Shown piece by piece: positions 21,372 to 31,885 of a DNA stretch of 64,000 nucleotides; position 1 is the first letter of the stretch, and every line of letters starts with the position of its first letter. The DNA comes from Promethearchaeota archaeon (lineage in GTDB: Archaea > Asgardarchaeota > Lokiarchaeia > Sigyniarchaeales > SOKP01), in NCBI GenBank assembly GCA_048940445.1, contig JBHLON010000006.1, positions 1 through 64,000 of the forward strand. Direction: 5' to 3'. A program made the translations under genes and the position numbers. The notes under the pieces were generated by a model that saw only the letters and a list, made by a program, of their open reading frames with translations, was not told the origin of the DNA and did not search any database.

Positions 21372-22001
21372 GAATACCCAAGAGATATATCAGAAACAAC
21401 AAAAAAGGAATAATAAATAATAAGTTTCATTTAAAAAACCCATTTTTTACCTTTTTTCTTGAGATATTTTTCAAAAATAATATTGATTATTGGAAAAATA
21501 AAAATTCAAAAAATAGAAGATGACACAAATTTTTGATTGGGTTCCCTTTAAAGTTCAATACAGGACTCATCTAAGGCATTTCCACTTCTAATTCATCAAA
21601 ATGCCTAATTTCGTATTTTATTGTCATTATAATGACAACAGATACAAATGGATATTAAGTGCTGAATTTTACTCCCGTTTGAAAGATTTCGCAATCTTTG
21701 TTGTAATAATCCTCAATATTATTTTCCACAGTATTAAGTCTATAAAGATATTTCTTCACTCCCGAAATTGGATTATAGTCATTTATTTTCAATATATTAT
21801 AATTTTGGATTATTTAAAAAAATTTATATTATTTTCAGCATAAATTTTTAATATTTCTCAATATAGATGTGAATTAATTAATTAATATCATTTCTTATCT
21901 CTTATTTTTATAAGCTCAATTGGTCAAAGGTTATTAAAATATAAACCTAACTTTTTTAATCCTTTTTTTTCTCTATTCTTATAGAAGATAGGTGGATATA
22001 A

Positions 22002-22610
22002 TTGGATAAAGCAAAATACTCTAATAAATCCGAAATAAATTTTTTTTCCTCAGTTTATAAGGGAAATCCCCCATGGGATATCGGCCATACTCAGCCTATC
22101 TTTAAACGTTTAGCAAAAACCTTACCATCTCAAAGCAAAGTTCTCGATGTAGGATGCGGAACAGGGGAAAATATTTTGTTCTTTGCCAAAATGGGTTTTG
22201 AGAGTACTGGCATTGACTTTATAAGTGAAGCTATTGATAAAGCTATAACTAAAGCCAAAGAAAGAAACCTAAACGCTAAATTTTATGTCATGGACGCCCT
22301 TGAACTCGGTAGATTGAATCAAAAGTTTAATTTTATAATTGACTCTGGCTTATTCCATACATTCAGTGATTCAGAAAGACCATTGTTTAAATACAGTTTA
22401 TCTAAGGTTATATTTACAAAAGGATTATATTATATGTTATGTTTTAGTGATCGAGAACATTCTCGATTCGGTCCACGGAGGATTAGTAAGGAAGAAATAT
22501 ATGATACATTTAATGGTGATTGGAAAGTAATATCCATTGAGCCCGAAGACTTCGAATCGAATTTTGGTCATGCAAAAGCGTGGTTAGCGAAAATACAATA
22601 TATTGGTTAA
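22002..22610 (+). CDS. Class I SAM-dependent methyltransferase (TPMT-like)
   Basis: PPWDIG, LDVGCGTG, IDSGLFH. Confidence 0.9.
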   Translation: MDKAKYSNKSEINFFSSVYKGNPPWDIGHTQPIFKRLAKTLPSQSKVLDVGCGTGENILFFAKMGFESTGIDFISEAIDKAITKAKERNLNAKFYVMDALELGRLNQKFNFIIDSGLFHTFSDSERPLFKYSLSKVIFTKGLYYMLCFSDREHSRFGPRRISKEEIYDTFNGDWKVISIEPEDFESNFGHAKAWLAKIQYIG

Positions 22611-22647
22611 AAGTCAAAGTAAAAATCTTTTTATTACGAGACGATAA

Positions 22648-22803
22648 ATGAAATTTATTGTCAAAGAAGAAAATAGTGATCAAGAAACTTCAGAAGATAA
22701 GGAAATAATATCCAAAATAACCAAAGAAGATGAGTTGTTTACGGTAAAATATCCCATAGGAGAATTATATTTCCAGTTTTTTGATGAAAATTCCTTTAAA
22801 TAA
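22648..22803 (+). CDS. Unannotated 51-aa acidic small protein or gene fragment
   Basis: ATG...TAA, MKFIVKEENSDQETSEDKEIISKITKEDELFTVKYPIGELYFQFFDENSFK; fills the gap between flanking genes. Confidence 0.4.
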   Translation: MKFIVKEENSDQETSEDKEIISKITKEDELFTVKYPIGELYFQFFDENSFK

Positions 22804-22804
22804 T

Positions 22805-23617
22805 TTATTCCTTCTTTAAAAAGCTTACAATTAGTTGGTTTACTAGTTTAGGTTTCTCCATTAGAACTAAATGTGTTCCACCTGGAATAACTTCGAGTCG
22901 CGAATTAGGTATTGCATCAGTCATTTCTTGCATAACCTTTAATGGATAAAGCTGTTCTTCTCCTCCAAAGATAATAAGTGTAGGGCTTTCAATATTTTTC
23001 AACTGGTCTAATGTGAAGTTCGGTTCTCGCTTGGCCATATCCATTTCTTTTTCGATTAAATTTAGCCAGTTATCGGGATCAACAGCTACTTTTTCATACG
23101 CTCTCTTAATGAATTTATAATCTTTAGGTAAATTATTAAGATCTACATTACTAAACTTTTCAAAGATTTCTGGATAGAAATTAGATATATTATATGGAGT
23201 TTCACATAGTACCAACTTATTTACTAATTCGGGGTACTTTAGACAAAGAGTCAAGGATGTGCAACCCCCATCACTCCAACCAACGAAGCTCGCTTTTTTA
23301 ATATCTAATTTTTCCATCAATTGAGAAATATCTGAAGCAAATAGCAGATAGCTTAGAGGTTTGTCCGAATCTGTTGTCCTTCCGTGTGCTCGGGTATCTG
23401 GAGTAATTATCCGAAAATTTTTTGCTAATTCTTTGATTTGGAAAAACCAACTTGTGTAATCCACCATACCACCATGTAATAGAAAAACAGGCTCTCCAGT
23501 ACCAAACGTAGCATAGTACATTCTAATATCTCCGATATTGACATAATCTTCAACAATGTTTCTTTTTTTCCAAACGTTAAATTTAGCCTGCCCTATTAAC
23601 ATTTTGATTACTCCCAT
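22805..23617 (-). CDS. Alpha/beta hydrolase
   Basis: LLHGG, DTRAHGRT, GWSDGG, GTH. Confidence 0.9.
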   Translation of the reverse strand: MGVIKMLIGQAKFNVWKKRNIVEDYVNIGDIRMYYATFGTGEPVFLLHGGMVDYTSWFFQIKELAKNFRIITPDTRAHGRTTDSDKPLSYLLFASDISQLMEKLDIKKASFVGWSDGGCTSLTLCLKYPELVNKLVLCETPYNISNFYPEIFEKFSNVDLNNLPKDYKFIKRAYEKVAVDPDNWLNLIEKEMDMAKREPNFTLDQLKNIESPTLIIFGGEEQLYPLKVMQEMTDAIPNSRLEVIPGGTHLVLMEKPKLVNQLIVSFLKKE

Positions 23618-24334
23618 CGTTATATACAACCTTTTTTTTTTTAACTAATTATTGAATTGTAATTACTAATAAAGTTTTACTTCATTAAAAATCAAGAAGT
23701 AATTAGCTAGCTTGTTTAACCATTCGCATTTCAAAAATCCATTGACATCTTGTTTAATACATTTGTTCATATGAATGCTTTTTATTGATTTAGAGTATTA
23801 CATTTGCCCCTGATGTTCTATTTCTCCCCTCATTTGTTTCATATAATTTACAGATGGACACTAAGTACATAGTTTTATATCCAATTGATAAATTGCATAA
23901 TTGCTTGCTATAATAATTATCAACATTGTTTTCATTGTTATTGAATCGATAAAGATTTTATAGTATTTTAACAATAAGTTTTTAATATTTATAAAAAAAT
24001 TAATATAAATATTTTTTGAATATTTACGTTTTTTTAATTTGATAAATAATGTTTTATAATTACTGGATTATACTCCCATAAAACTAGCTTTGTAATTACA
24101 ATACTGACATTTCGCTGAGTATTTGAAAATAAGAAAAGGGCAACAATTCTAAAGTTTATTAAGGAACCATATCTTACTAAAAAGAATTTATGATTATATT
24201 AAATTTTTGAATTTGTTTCAATTAGATTTTTATAAAATGTAAATTAAATCTTCTCAAAGAATCACATGTAATTTTATAAAAATGAATTATATTGTCCAAA
24301 TACATCAAATAAATTTAATCAAATGGGATAAAAA

Positions 24335-24868
24335 ATGTTATGGGTAACTAGAAATTATGTACATATAGATAGAGTAGCTAGTCCATGGTTAATTAAGAGA
24401 TTTGTTGATAAACAAGCACAATTTATTTTTCTTGCTCGTGATGAAATTGCTGATTTCACGAGTAAAACGGGTGCTATACCGTTTGATACCGCCGGTTTAG
24501 GAGTAGAACTTGATCATCATACTTGTAATAATGAAAAACATTGTACTTTTGATGCTATTATAGAAAAGTATAAGTTAGAATCTGATGAAGCTTTACAAAA
24601 GGTTAGGAAACTCGTTAGGGTCGCCGATACTGGAGGAATAGACGAAGAGCCTCTCGCATGGGCTTTAGAGGTTATAGCTGTGGGTATTCCAGTAATAGTG
24701 GATTCGGATCATGAAGCCTTGGAAAAAGAGTTTCCCGTATATGATGCTATTTACGCTTATTTTCAGCAACAAATAATTCATGAAAAATTTAAAGATGAAA
24801 TTGAAAAACTGAAATCTCGAGGCGAGAGACAGGCATTCATTAAGGAAAAATTAAGCAAATTAAAATAA
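24335..24868 (+). CDS. Chromate resistance protein ChrB C-terminal-domain family protein
   Basis: WVTRNYVHIDRVASPWLIKRFVD, GAIPFD, CTFDAII, ADT. Confidence 0.85.
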   Translation: MLWVTRNYVHIDRVASPWLIKRFVDKQAQFIFLARDEIADFTSKTGAIPFDTAGLGVELDHHTCNNEKHCTFDAIIEKYKLESDEALQKVRKLVRVADTGGIDEEPLAWALEVIAVGIPVIVDSDHEALEKEFPVYDAIYAYFQQQIIHEKFKDEIEKLKSRGERQAFIKEKLSKLK

Positions 24869-24883
24869 AAAGAAAGCAAAATT

Positions 24884-25321
24884 ATGAAATGGGTGACGAG
24901 AAACAAACCACATGTCGATCGGTGTGCTTCTCTATGGCTTATCAAAAACTTTGTTGACTCTGAAGCAGAATTTGCTTTTGTTCCTCAAGATTATATTTGG
25001 CAAGAAGATGAGATTCCCATAGTACTTTCTGGTGCAGAGTTGAGCCCAAAAAAAGGGAAAACAACCTTTGAACTAATAATTCAGAAGTATAAGATAAAGG
25101 ATAAAACTATACATGAAATTGCAAAAGTGATCCATGATATAGAACAAGCAGAAAAATCTGGTACATATTTTCTGCCTGAATCGAAGGGAATTTTTATGGT
25201 TTTACGAGGAATAGAACCATCTTCTCCAAATGATTTCGAAACTGTAAAAATTGCTTTTACAGTTATGGATGCGATTTACACATTTATACATGAAGAAAGT
25301 CAAGGAGCAAAATTCGCTTGA
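24884..25321 (+). CDS. ChrB C-terminal-domain family protein (tandem paralog)
   Basis: MKWVTRNKPHVDRCASLWLIKNFVDSEAEF, TTFE, PESKG. Confidence 0.85.
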   Translation: MKWVTRNKPHVDRCASLWLIKNFVDSEAEFAFVPQDYIWQEDEIPIVLSGAELSPKKGKTTFELIIQKYKIKDKTIHEIAKVIHDIEQAEKSGTYFLPESKGIFMVLRGIEPSSPNDFETVKIAFTVMDAIYTFIHEESQGAKFA

Positions 25322-25960
25322 AACAATTGGATTTCTTTACCTCCTAAAGTTTTAAGGTGATAACCTTAATCATATTTTATCTAATACACAGAAATTCGTC
25401 ACTAGTTTCAAAAATTTCTGGATAATTAAGTTTCCACCCTTAAGATTTTATAATTCCTTTCTTAATTTATTGCTGGTAAAGGAATTTCCTGTACCTATTT
25501 TTTTGACGAAACTATTTAAATTAGTATCTATATTAGAGAAAATAATTTAAAAAATAGAAAATAGAACTGTTTTTGCTCAATCAAATTAATATGAGAACAA
25601 TTTAATTAAATTTTCCGAATTTTTTTTTGAACAAGAGCATTTTAATTGAACTTACTATTTTTCGTAAATTCCAATATTCTTATGAAAAATTCCAAAAAAA
25701 TGCCAAGTTTTTCAAAAGAAAATGCTAATTCTCAATTTATCTATTAAAATATGACTTAATTTGAAAAAAGTATTACTTTCTTTCACGATCATACTAAATT
25801 AGATAATTATGTTAACCCAATCTTTAAATTCCTTAACTTTTTAACACAAATTGACAAAAAAAAGTAATAAGAGATGAAGGGTTACTGAATGAAAAAGTAA
25901 AAAAGGGGACAATATTATTCATTGAGCTTGTACTATGTGTTTTAAATGGTATTTTCTTGA

Positions 25961-26203
25961 ATAGAGAATAAAGATTACTGCAAAGGATGTAGAAGTGATC
26001 GAAAAGATATCCATTGGGCTTCAAATTGCTCTCTTTTAACATGTTGCATCGATAAAAAACGATTGAATAATTGTTCTGAATGTGGAGATTTTCCATGTAA
26101 CGAACATAAAAAATGGGTTGAACAAAGGGCTCATCATAAGAAAGCATATGAAAATCATATTCTAATTAAAAGGGGAAAGGAACCCTATATTATCAAATTT
26201 TGA
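25961..26203 (+). pseudogene. 5'-truncated DUF3795-like Cys-rich protein (missed by ORF track)
   Basis: CKGCRSD...HWASNCSLLTCCIDKKRLNNCSECGDFPC...HH; N-terminal CGxxCxxC motif absent, TGA directly upstream. Confidence 0.65.
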
Positions 26204-26345
26204 AAGAATTCTGCTTAATGATCTAACGATTCAATAATTAGAATTGCGGTGATTGTGGTTTCAATCATTGAGTATTTCTTGTCATCCCATAGACCATTTG
26301 GATTTTGTAATGATTTCAGACGTTTAGTACCCTTCTTAAAGAGTG

Positions 26346-28127
26346 CTATGTCAGACTTTGATGTTCAAAATATTGCCTATAGAGTTGGGCATATTTCCCA
26401 TTTTGTGCGAGTAGTGATACATGAGTCCCTTCTTCAATAATTTTTCCATGATCCATGACGATTATTCTATCAGCATTAAGAACAGTTGATAATCTGTGTG
26501 CGATAATAATAGATGTACGATTTAACATTAATTCTTCAAGTGCTTCTTGGATTATTGCTTCTGTATAAGCGTCAACACTGGAAGTTGCCTCATCCAAAAT
26601 GAGAATTTTTGGATCACTCAAAATTGCTCTAGCAAAGCTAATAATTTGTTTTTGTCCCATAGATAATCCTTTGCCTCTCTCCCCTACTTGGGTTTTAATA
26701 TCGTCTGGTAAATACTTAACGATTTCTTCAGCATGAACCGTTCTGATTGCTTTTTCCAATTCTTCTTTCGTAGCATCCAGTTTTCCAAAACGAATGTTTT
26801 CTTCAAGAGTACCAGAAAATAGAAATATTTCTTGCTGAACGATACCAATATTTTTTCGATAAGAATCTAGAGTTATATCCCTGATGTCTATTCCATCAAT
26901 TTTGATTGTCCCACTTTGGAATTCATAAAATCGTGCCAACAAGGAGACTAAAGATGTTTTACCGGCACCAGTATGACCTACAATTGCCAGTTTCTCCCCT
27001 TTTGGTATTTTAAGATTAAAATCCTTGAAAACCCACTGGTTATTTCCATAGCTGAAATTTACATTTTGAAACTCAATTTGACCTTCTAATTCACCTACTT
27101 CGATTGGATTTACACTTTGTTTAACTAAAGGTTTAGAATCGAGAACTTCTAAAATTCGTTCATAAGCAGCCATTCCAGTACTTAATTGTGGAAAAAATGT
27201 AGCTAAAACTATAATTGGCCTAAAAAAACTTTGTAAGTAAAGAATGAATGTGAATATTATGCCTTCGGTCAAATAACCTTCTAAGTAGATTTGAGCTCCA
27301 TAAAAAATTATTATTAATATTGTAATTGATGCAACCAAGTTCAATATGTGTCTCCATAAATGAGTAACAGCTGTCAATCTAAATGTTGACCGAAAATAGT
27401 CTTTATTAATATCATTAAATTGATTTGAGATCGTGGATTCTTGACCATAACTCTTAGAAACGTGAATTCCTTCAATAGATTCCACCATAGCATTATTAAC
27501 ATTTTCTATTGCTTTTCTATAAGCTCTACTAACTATTCTTGCTAATCTTCGTAATGAGAACATCAAAAGTAATACAATAGGTACAGCAGTTAGGGCAATC
27601 AAGGCTAAAATGAGATTTAGTACTGCTAAAATTGTGAAGGTTAATAGACTTATAAGAAAATTACCAATAGTTTCCGAAATGAGTGCAGTTATATCTCCAA
27701 AGTCTAAAGCGTCGTTTGATACTCTTGTATTTAAAGCACCACTTTGATATTTATCAAAAAAATTTATATCTTGTTCTTGTAATTTATCAAAAATGTCCAT
27801 TCGTAAATATTCTAAGAAGAAGGGAACAAACTTACCATATTGTCTTCGTCGCAAAGAAAACATAATCCATTGAATAGCAGAGAGTAGAATATAGCTTAAT
27901 GTAAAAAATAAAATCAGAGTGAATTGATTTGAAACTAAATTTAGCTGATCGACAGAAAATCCTACTACTAAAGGACCCAGAATATCAGCTATCGTCGCTA
28001 TAAAAATAAACAATGCTACAAATAGCATATTCTTTTTAAAGGGAGCTAGTCTTTTAATATATCTACTGAATAATTCACGATCAGAATATCTCCGTTGTCG
28101 TTTTTCTTTAATTAAACTTCTATACAC
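26346..28127 (-). CDS. ABC exporter half-transporter (TMD+NBD)
   Basis: TM domain, GHTGAGKT, LSMGQKQ, ILILDEATS. Confidence 0.92.
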   Translation of the reverse strand: MYRSLIKEKRQRRYSDRELFSRYIKRLAPFKKNMLFVALFIFIATIADILGPLVVGFSVDQLNLVSNQFTLILFFTLSYILLSAIQWIMFSLRRRQYGKFVPFFLEYLRMDIFDKLQEQDINFFDKYQSGALNTRVSNDALDFGDITALISETIGNFLISLLTFTILAVLNLILALIALTAVPIVLLLMFSLRRLARIVSRAYRKAIENVNNAMVESIEGIHVSKSYGQESTISNQFNDINKDYFRSTFRLTAVTHLWRHILNLVASITILIIIFYGAQIYLEGYLTEGIIFTFILYLQSFFRPIIVLATFFPQLSTGMAAYERILEVLDSKPLVKQSVNPIEVGELEGQIEFQNVNFSYGNNQWVFKDFNLKIPKGEKLAIVGHTGAGKTSLVSLLARFYEFQSGTIKIDGIDIRDITLDSYRKNIGIVQQEIFLFSGTLEENIRFGKLDATKEELEKAIRTVHAEEIVKYLPDDIKTQVGERGKGLSMGQKQIISFARAILSDPKILILDEATSSVDAYTEAIIQEALEELMLNRTSIIIAHRLSTVLNADRIIVMDHGKIIEEGTHVSLLAQNGKYAQLYRQYFEHQSLT

Positions 28128-28145
28128 TTTTAGTATTTCTCCAAA

Positions 28146-29924
28146 TCATTTGCTTTTTACTTTTATTTCGGGTAATGGAAGAACTCTGCCAAATATTCTT
28201 CTATAATCTTCTGATTTTTTTATTAATTCTTTATGCTTTCCTTCAGCTACAATTCCCCCATCTTTAAGAACAAGTATTTTATCAGAAGATCTTATTGTAT
28301 TCAAACGGTGAGTTATAATTATGGTCGTTCTTTTTTTTAAAACGTTTTCAATAGCTTTTCCGATTTTTTCTTCTGTTTCGCTATCTACTGCTGAAACAGA
28401 ATCATCAAGAATAATAATATCTGGATCGGTTAACAATGCGCGAGCAATTGCAATACGCTGTCTTTCTCCTCCTGAAAGCTTGGTTCCGCGTTCACCTACT
28501 ATGGACTCATAACCATTTGGAAAATCTTTCACAAAATCATCTACTTGTGCTAATTTTGCGGCTTCTCTGATTTCTAGGTCAGAAGCATCTGGTTTACCAA
28601 ATGAGATATTATCCTTTATGGACCGCGGAAAAAGATAAATATCTTGTTCTATATACCCTATCCGTTTCCTCAATGTTTCAAGAGGATAATTATTTATGTT
28701 TATATCATCTATATAGATTGATCCATTTTGCGGATTATATAAAGACAAAATTATTTTAGCTAGAGTTGTCTTACCACATCCAGTAGGACCTACTAAGGCA
28801 ACCTTCTGTTGGGGTTCAATGGTAAAATTAAGATTTTTAAAAACAGGGACAGTATTATTATTTACATCCTCATAAGAAAAAGAGATTTCCTTAAACTCTA
28901 TTTTTCCTTTAAACTTTTTGGGAGTTTGTTTCATAAATTGATTTATATCCTCACTTTCACCTTTAGAAAGTGCAGCAAAAACACGAGAACAAGCTGCAAA
29001 TCCACTAGTCATATCATTTGTAGCCCAGAAGATAGTGTTAGTTGGATCAATTAAAGTGATTAAGAGCAAATTAGAAGCAACCAGATCACCAATCGTAAGT
29101 GTGTTAAAATAAACAAAAAAGCAACTTAATAAAAATAATGTGCTTATTGCGAGATATAGAACTAATAGGGGATAATATTTCGATTGAACATTATTTTCTC
29201 CAATCCAGTTATCTCTAAATGCTTGAACAGCTGAAAGGAATCTTCTTCTCTCTAATCGCTCTTTAGTAAAGATTTTGATCACTTTTGACCCACTTATACT
29301 ATCTTGGAGCGTCATTGCGATGTTCGAATGTTTTTCCATGCGTGCTTTAACAAATGGGACTAGCCTTTTTCGATAATGTAAAATGAAATAACAATAAAAC
29401 AAAAGAAACGGTAAAAATAGTAGAGCTAATCTTAAATCAAGGATGTCGAATAAAACTATCAATGCTATAAATACTTGAACAAATGGATAAATGTAAAAGG
29501 CACCGTGGGAGACCATCGTGTTTACAATTCTTAAATCATAGGTAGCAAGAGCTTGTAAGTCCCCAGTCCTTGCACTATCATGATATTTTAATGATTTTGA
29601 TTGCATTACGTCGAAAAATTCTGTTCGCATATTCTTCTCTGTTTTCAATCCTAGAAAATGTCCTGCCATCATAGAGCTATAATCCAGAGCGATGCTTATC
29701 ACATAAACACCTAATGCCAGGAAAACTAAGGGCATAATTTCTGAAACATCACTAATAGTTGGAACTTTATCTATAATATCTCCTAATATCAACGGGATTA
29801 AAGTTCTCGCTAATGTTACTAATATAATTCCAATTATTACGCCTAATAACATATATTTTTGTTTTAAAAGGTGGTGAAGAAGCCACCTTAGATAACTTTT
29901 ATACTTTTTATGTTCGATACTCAT
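28146..29924 (-). CDS. ABC exporter half-transporter (TMD+NBD), heterodimer partner
   Basis: GPTGCGKT, LSGGERQ, IIILDDSVS (degenerate Walker B typical of heterodimeric exporters). Confidence 0.92.
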   Translation of the reverse strand: MSIEHKKYKSYLRWLLHHLLKQKYMLLGVIIGIILVTLARTLIPLILGDIIDKVPTISDVSEIMPLVFLALGVYVISIALDYSSMMAGHFLGLKTEKNMRTEFFDVMQSKSLKYHDSARTGDLQALATYDLRIVNTMVSHGAFYIYPFVQVFIALIVLFDILDLRLALLFLPFLLFYCYFILHYRKRLVPFVKARMEKHSNIAMTLQDSISGSKVIKIFTKERLERRRFLSAVQAFRDNWIGENNVQSKYYPLLVLYLAISTLFLLSCFFVYFNTLTIGDLVASNLLLITLIDPTNTIFWATNDMTSGFAACSRVFAALSKGESEDINQFMKQTPKKFKGKIEFKEISFSYEDVNNNTVPVFKNLNFTIEPQQKVALVGPTGCGKTTLAKIILSLYNPQNGSIYIDDININNYPLETLRKRIGYIEQDIYLFPRSIKDNISFGKPDASDLEIREAAKLAQVDDFVKDFPNGYESIVGERGTKLSGGERQRIAIARALLTDPDIIILDDSVSAVDSETEEKIGKAIENVLKKRTTIIITHRLNTIRSSDKILVLKDGGIVAEGKHKELIKKSEDYRRIFGRVLPLPEIKVKSK

Positions 29925-30029
29925 GTCCTTTAACAATATGATTAATTAATTAAATCATAAAAGATTAGTGAAATTAGTTAAAGCTCGTTTTCTTAATAAT
30001 TTGCTTAACTTGAACAAGGGGTTTTAAAA

Positions 30030-30401
30030 ATGAATGATTATAGTAAATATTCAATTGATCTTAAAGTCAAATTTAAGCCACTAGAAATTATTGATGTTCA
30101 AAAATTAATAGCTAATAGTACAAAAAAGTGGCAAAATTTATCTTTATGTAAAGTTAATGATTCTGTTGTTAGACTTGCTGTAATTGAAGGAGAATTTCAT
30201 TGGCATAAACATGAAATGGAAGATGAATTCTTTTTTGTTATCGAAGGATTCCTTCTAATAGATCTAGAAGATAAAACGATTAAATTATCAACTGATCAAG
30301 GTTTTGTAGTACCTAAAGGAACAATTCATCGAACAAGAGCTCCTTCTCGCACCTCTGTTCTACTGGTCGAAAAGAGTACTGTTAAACCTACAGGAGATTA
30401 A
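30030..30401 (+). CDS. Cupin domain protein
   Basis: GEFHWHKHEMEDEFF...VVPKGTIHRT. Confidence 0.9.
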   Translation: MNDYSKYSIDLKVKFKPLEIIDVQKLIANSTKKWQNLSLCKVNDSVVRLAVIEGEFHWHKHEMEDEFFFVIEGFLLIDLEDKTIKLSTDQGFVVPKGTIHRTRAPSRTSVLLVEKSTVKPTGD

Positions 30402-30521
30402 AAGACTTAAATATTATTTGAAACTAAATCTAATTTTAGTAACTCTAGCAAATTTGAAAAATACTATTGCATTTTTACTGTTTGAAAAAGTAATTGTTCT
30501 TCAGTACTTTACATGTTAATT

Positions 30522-31337
30522 TTATTTTTTTAGCTTTCGATATATCAACTTTAGTAAATTTTCCTGTTCTTCCTTTATCTCTTCATTTAAGCGCGCAGCA
30601 TATATAATAATGTCCCACTCTTTAATTTTTTCTAATAGAGTTCCAGTTAGTTTACAATATTTATTTATATATACCTTTGATAAGATACTTTTGAACATTC
30701 TAAATATAAATTTATGAAAAAAACTTTTTTCGATAAGATCAACATCGTTGGGACCCATTCCATATTTTAATAAATAGTATGTTCTTGCAACATCTCCATT
30801 TGGATTGCCTATTGATGTATTTGCCCAGTCAATTATGTACAATTTATCTTTTGATATAATAATATTATCTGGGTGAAAGTCACTATGACAGATCGATTTC
30901 CCTTCTGATAATTTCTCCAAATATTTAATAATTTCTGTTTTTTGTGGTTCACTTAAGAACGGAGTATGCTGAATAGAATGAAAATAAACTTCTTTTTGAA
31001 GGTTTAGATTATCAATTTTACATTTATGCATATCAGTATGTAATTTTGCAACTAATTTTACCAATTTAATCAGTTTGAAGATATTTTTACCGCCAGCTTC
31101 ACCTAAATTTATACCCTTAATATATTCGTATAAAATACCGGTTCTACCATTCTGTTCTATTATTTTAAATGCTTTAGGACAATTATCAAAAACTTTTTGT
31201 ACACTTTTATTTACTTTAAATTCATATTCAATACGTTGTTTTGAAATGTTATTATAAAATAATTTTAGAACGCGTTTATTATCCCAAACTATTACTTCTG
31301 CTTCTCTTCCCTTCCCAATAATCTTACCTTTTATCAA
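30522..31337 (-). CDS. Aminoglycoside phosphotransferase-like kinase
   Basis: IGKGREAEV, CHSDFHPDNII, IIDW. Confidence 0.85.
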   Translation of the reverse strand: MIKGKIIGKGREAEVIVWDNKRVLKLFYNNISKQRIEYEFKVNKSVQKVFDNCPKAFKIIEQNGRTGILYEYIKGINLGEAGGKNIFKLIKLVKLVAKLHTDMHKCKIDNLNLQKEVYFHSIQHTPFLSEPQKTEIIKYLEKLSEGKSICHSDFHPDNIIISKDKLYIIDWANTSIGNPNGDVARTYYLLKYGMGPNDVDLIEKSFFHKFIFRMFKSILSKVYINKYCKLTGTLLEKIKEWDIIIYAARLNEEIKEEQENLLKLIYRKLKK

Positions 31338-31885
31338 ATGTTACCCTTAATAAAATTATTTTATTTAATTTATTAAGAAAATTGAGTCTTTTTTAAATCT
31401 TTATTATCTTCATATTTAGGAAATTCGAAAGTTATTTGAATGTAGAGAAAAAAAATATGATGAGAGTTAAAAAAATCAAATTTACAGTTTCTAATAATTA
31501 TTTCATTAGGACTTGTTTTTTCAATTAGTCTATTTTATTTAATTCTTGAATTATATAACATTTTAAATGTGTTCTTAGAACCGATATTGCCAGGATCTTC
31601 ATTGATTTTAATCAATTGTTTTTAATTCCTCTCACTAAAATTTTCAAATCAATTATAACTTTGCCCATGAGAAGAGTATTCAAGAAAGATTTGCCCCAAA
31701 ATAGAAAAGAAATTCTATATATATTATCTTTTTATGGTTCACTAGTAATTTTTATTTCCTTTATTTTAAATCCTTTTTTAAAAATAAATTAAACATTCAT
31801 TCTGTTTAAATAATCATAAGGTATTATTAGCTTGAATTCTGACTTGTATATAGAATATCAATTTTTTTTTAAATATAATGGTGAT

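Noticed and set aside
24090-24101. TTGTAATTACAA palindrome upstream of the ChrB pair; also ACTTTAC-ca-GTAAAGT near 17360
   Set aside because: Single short AT-rich palindromes are expected by chance; no second copy seen
25958-25960. TGA before the DUF3795-like frame as selenocysteine
   Set aside because: Does not align to a conserved Cys motif and no AUGA...GA hairpin is visible downstream
25833-26147. 104-aa minus-strand ORF
   Set aside because: Antisense to the recognisable DUF3795-like frame
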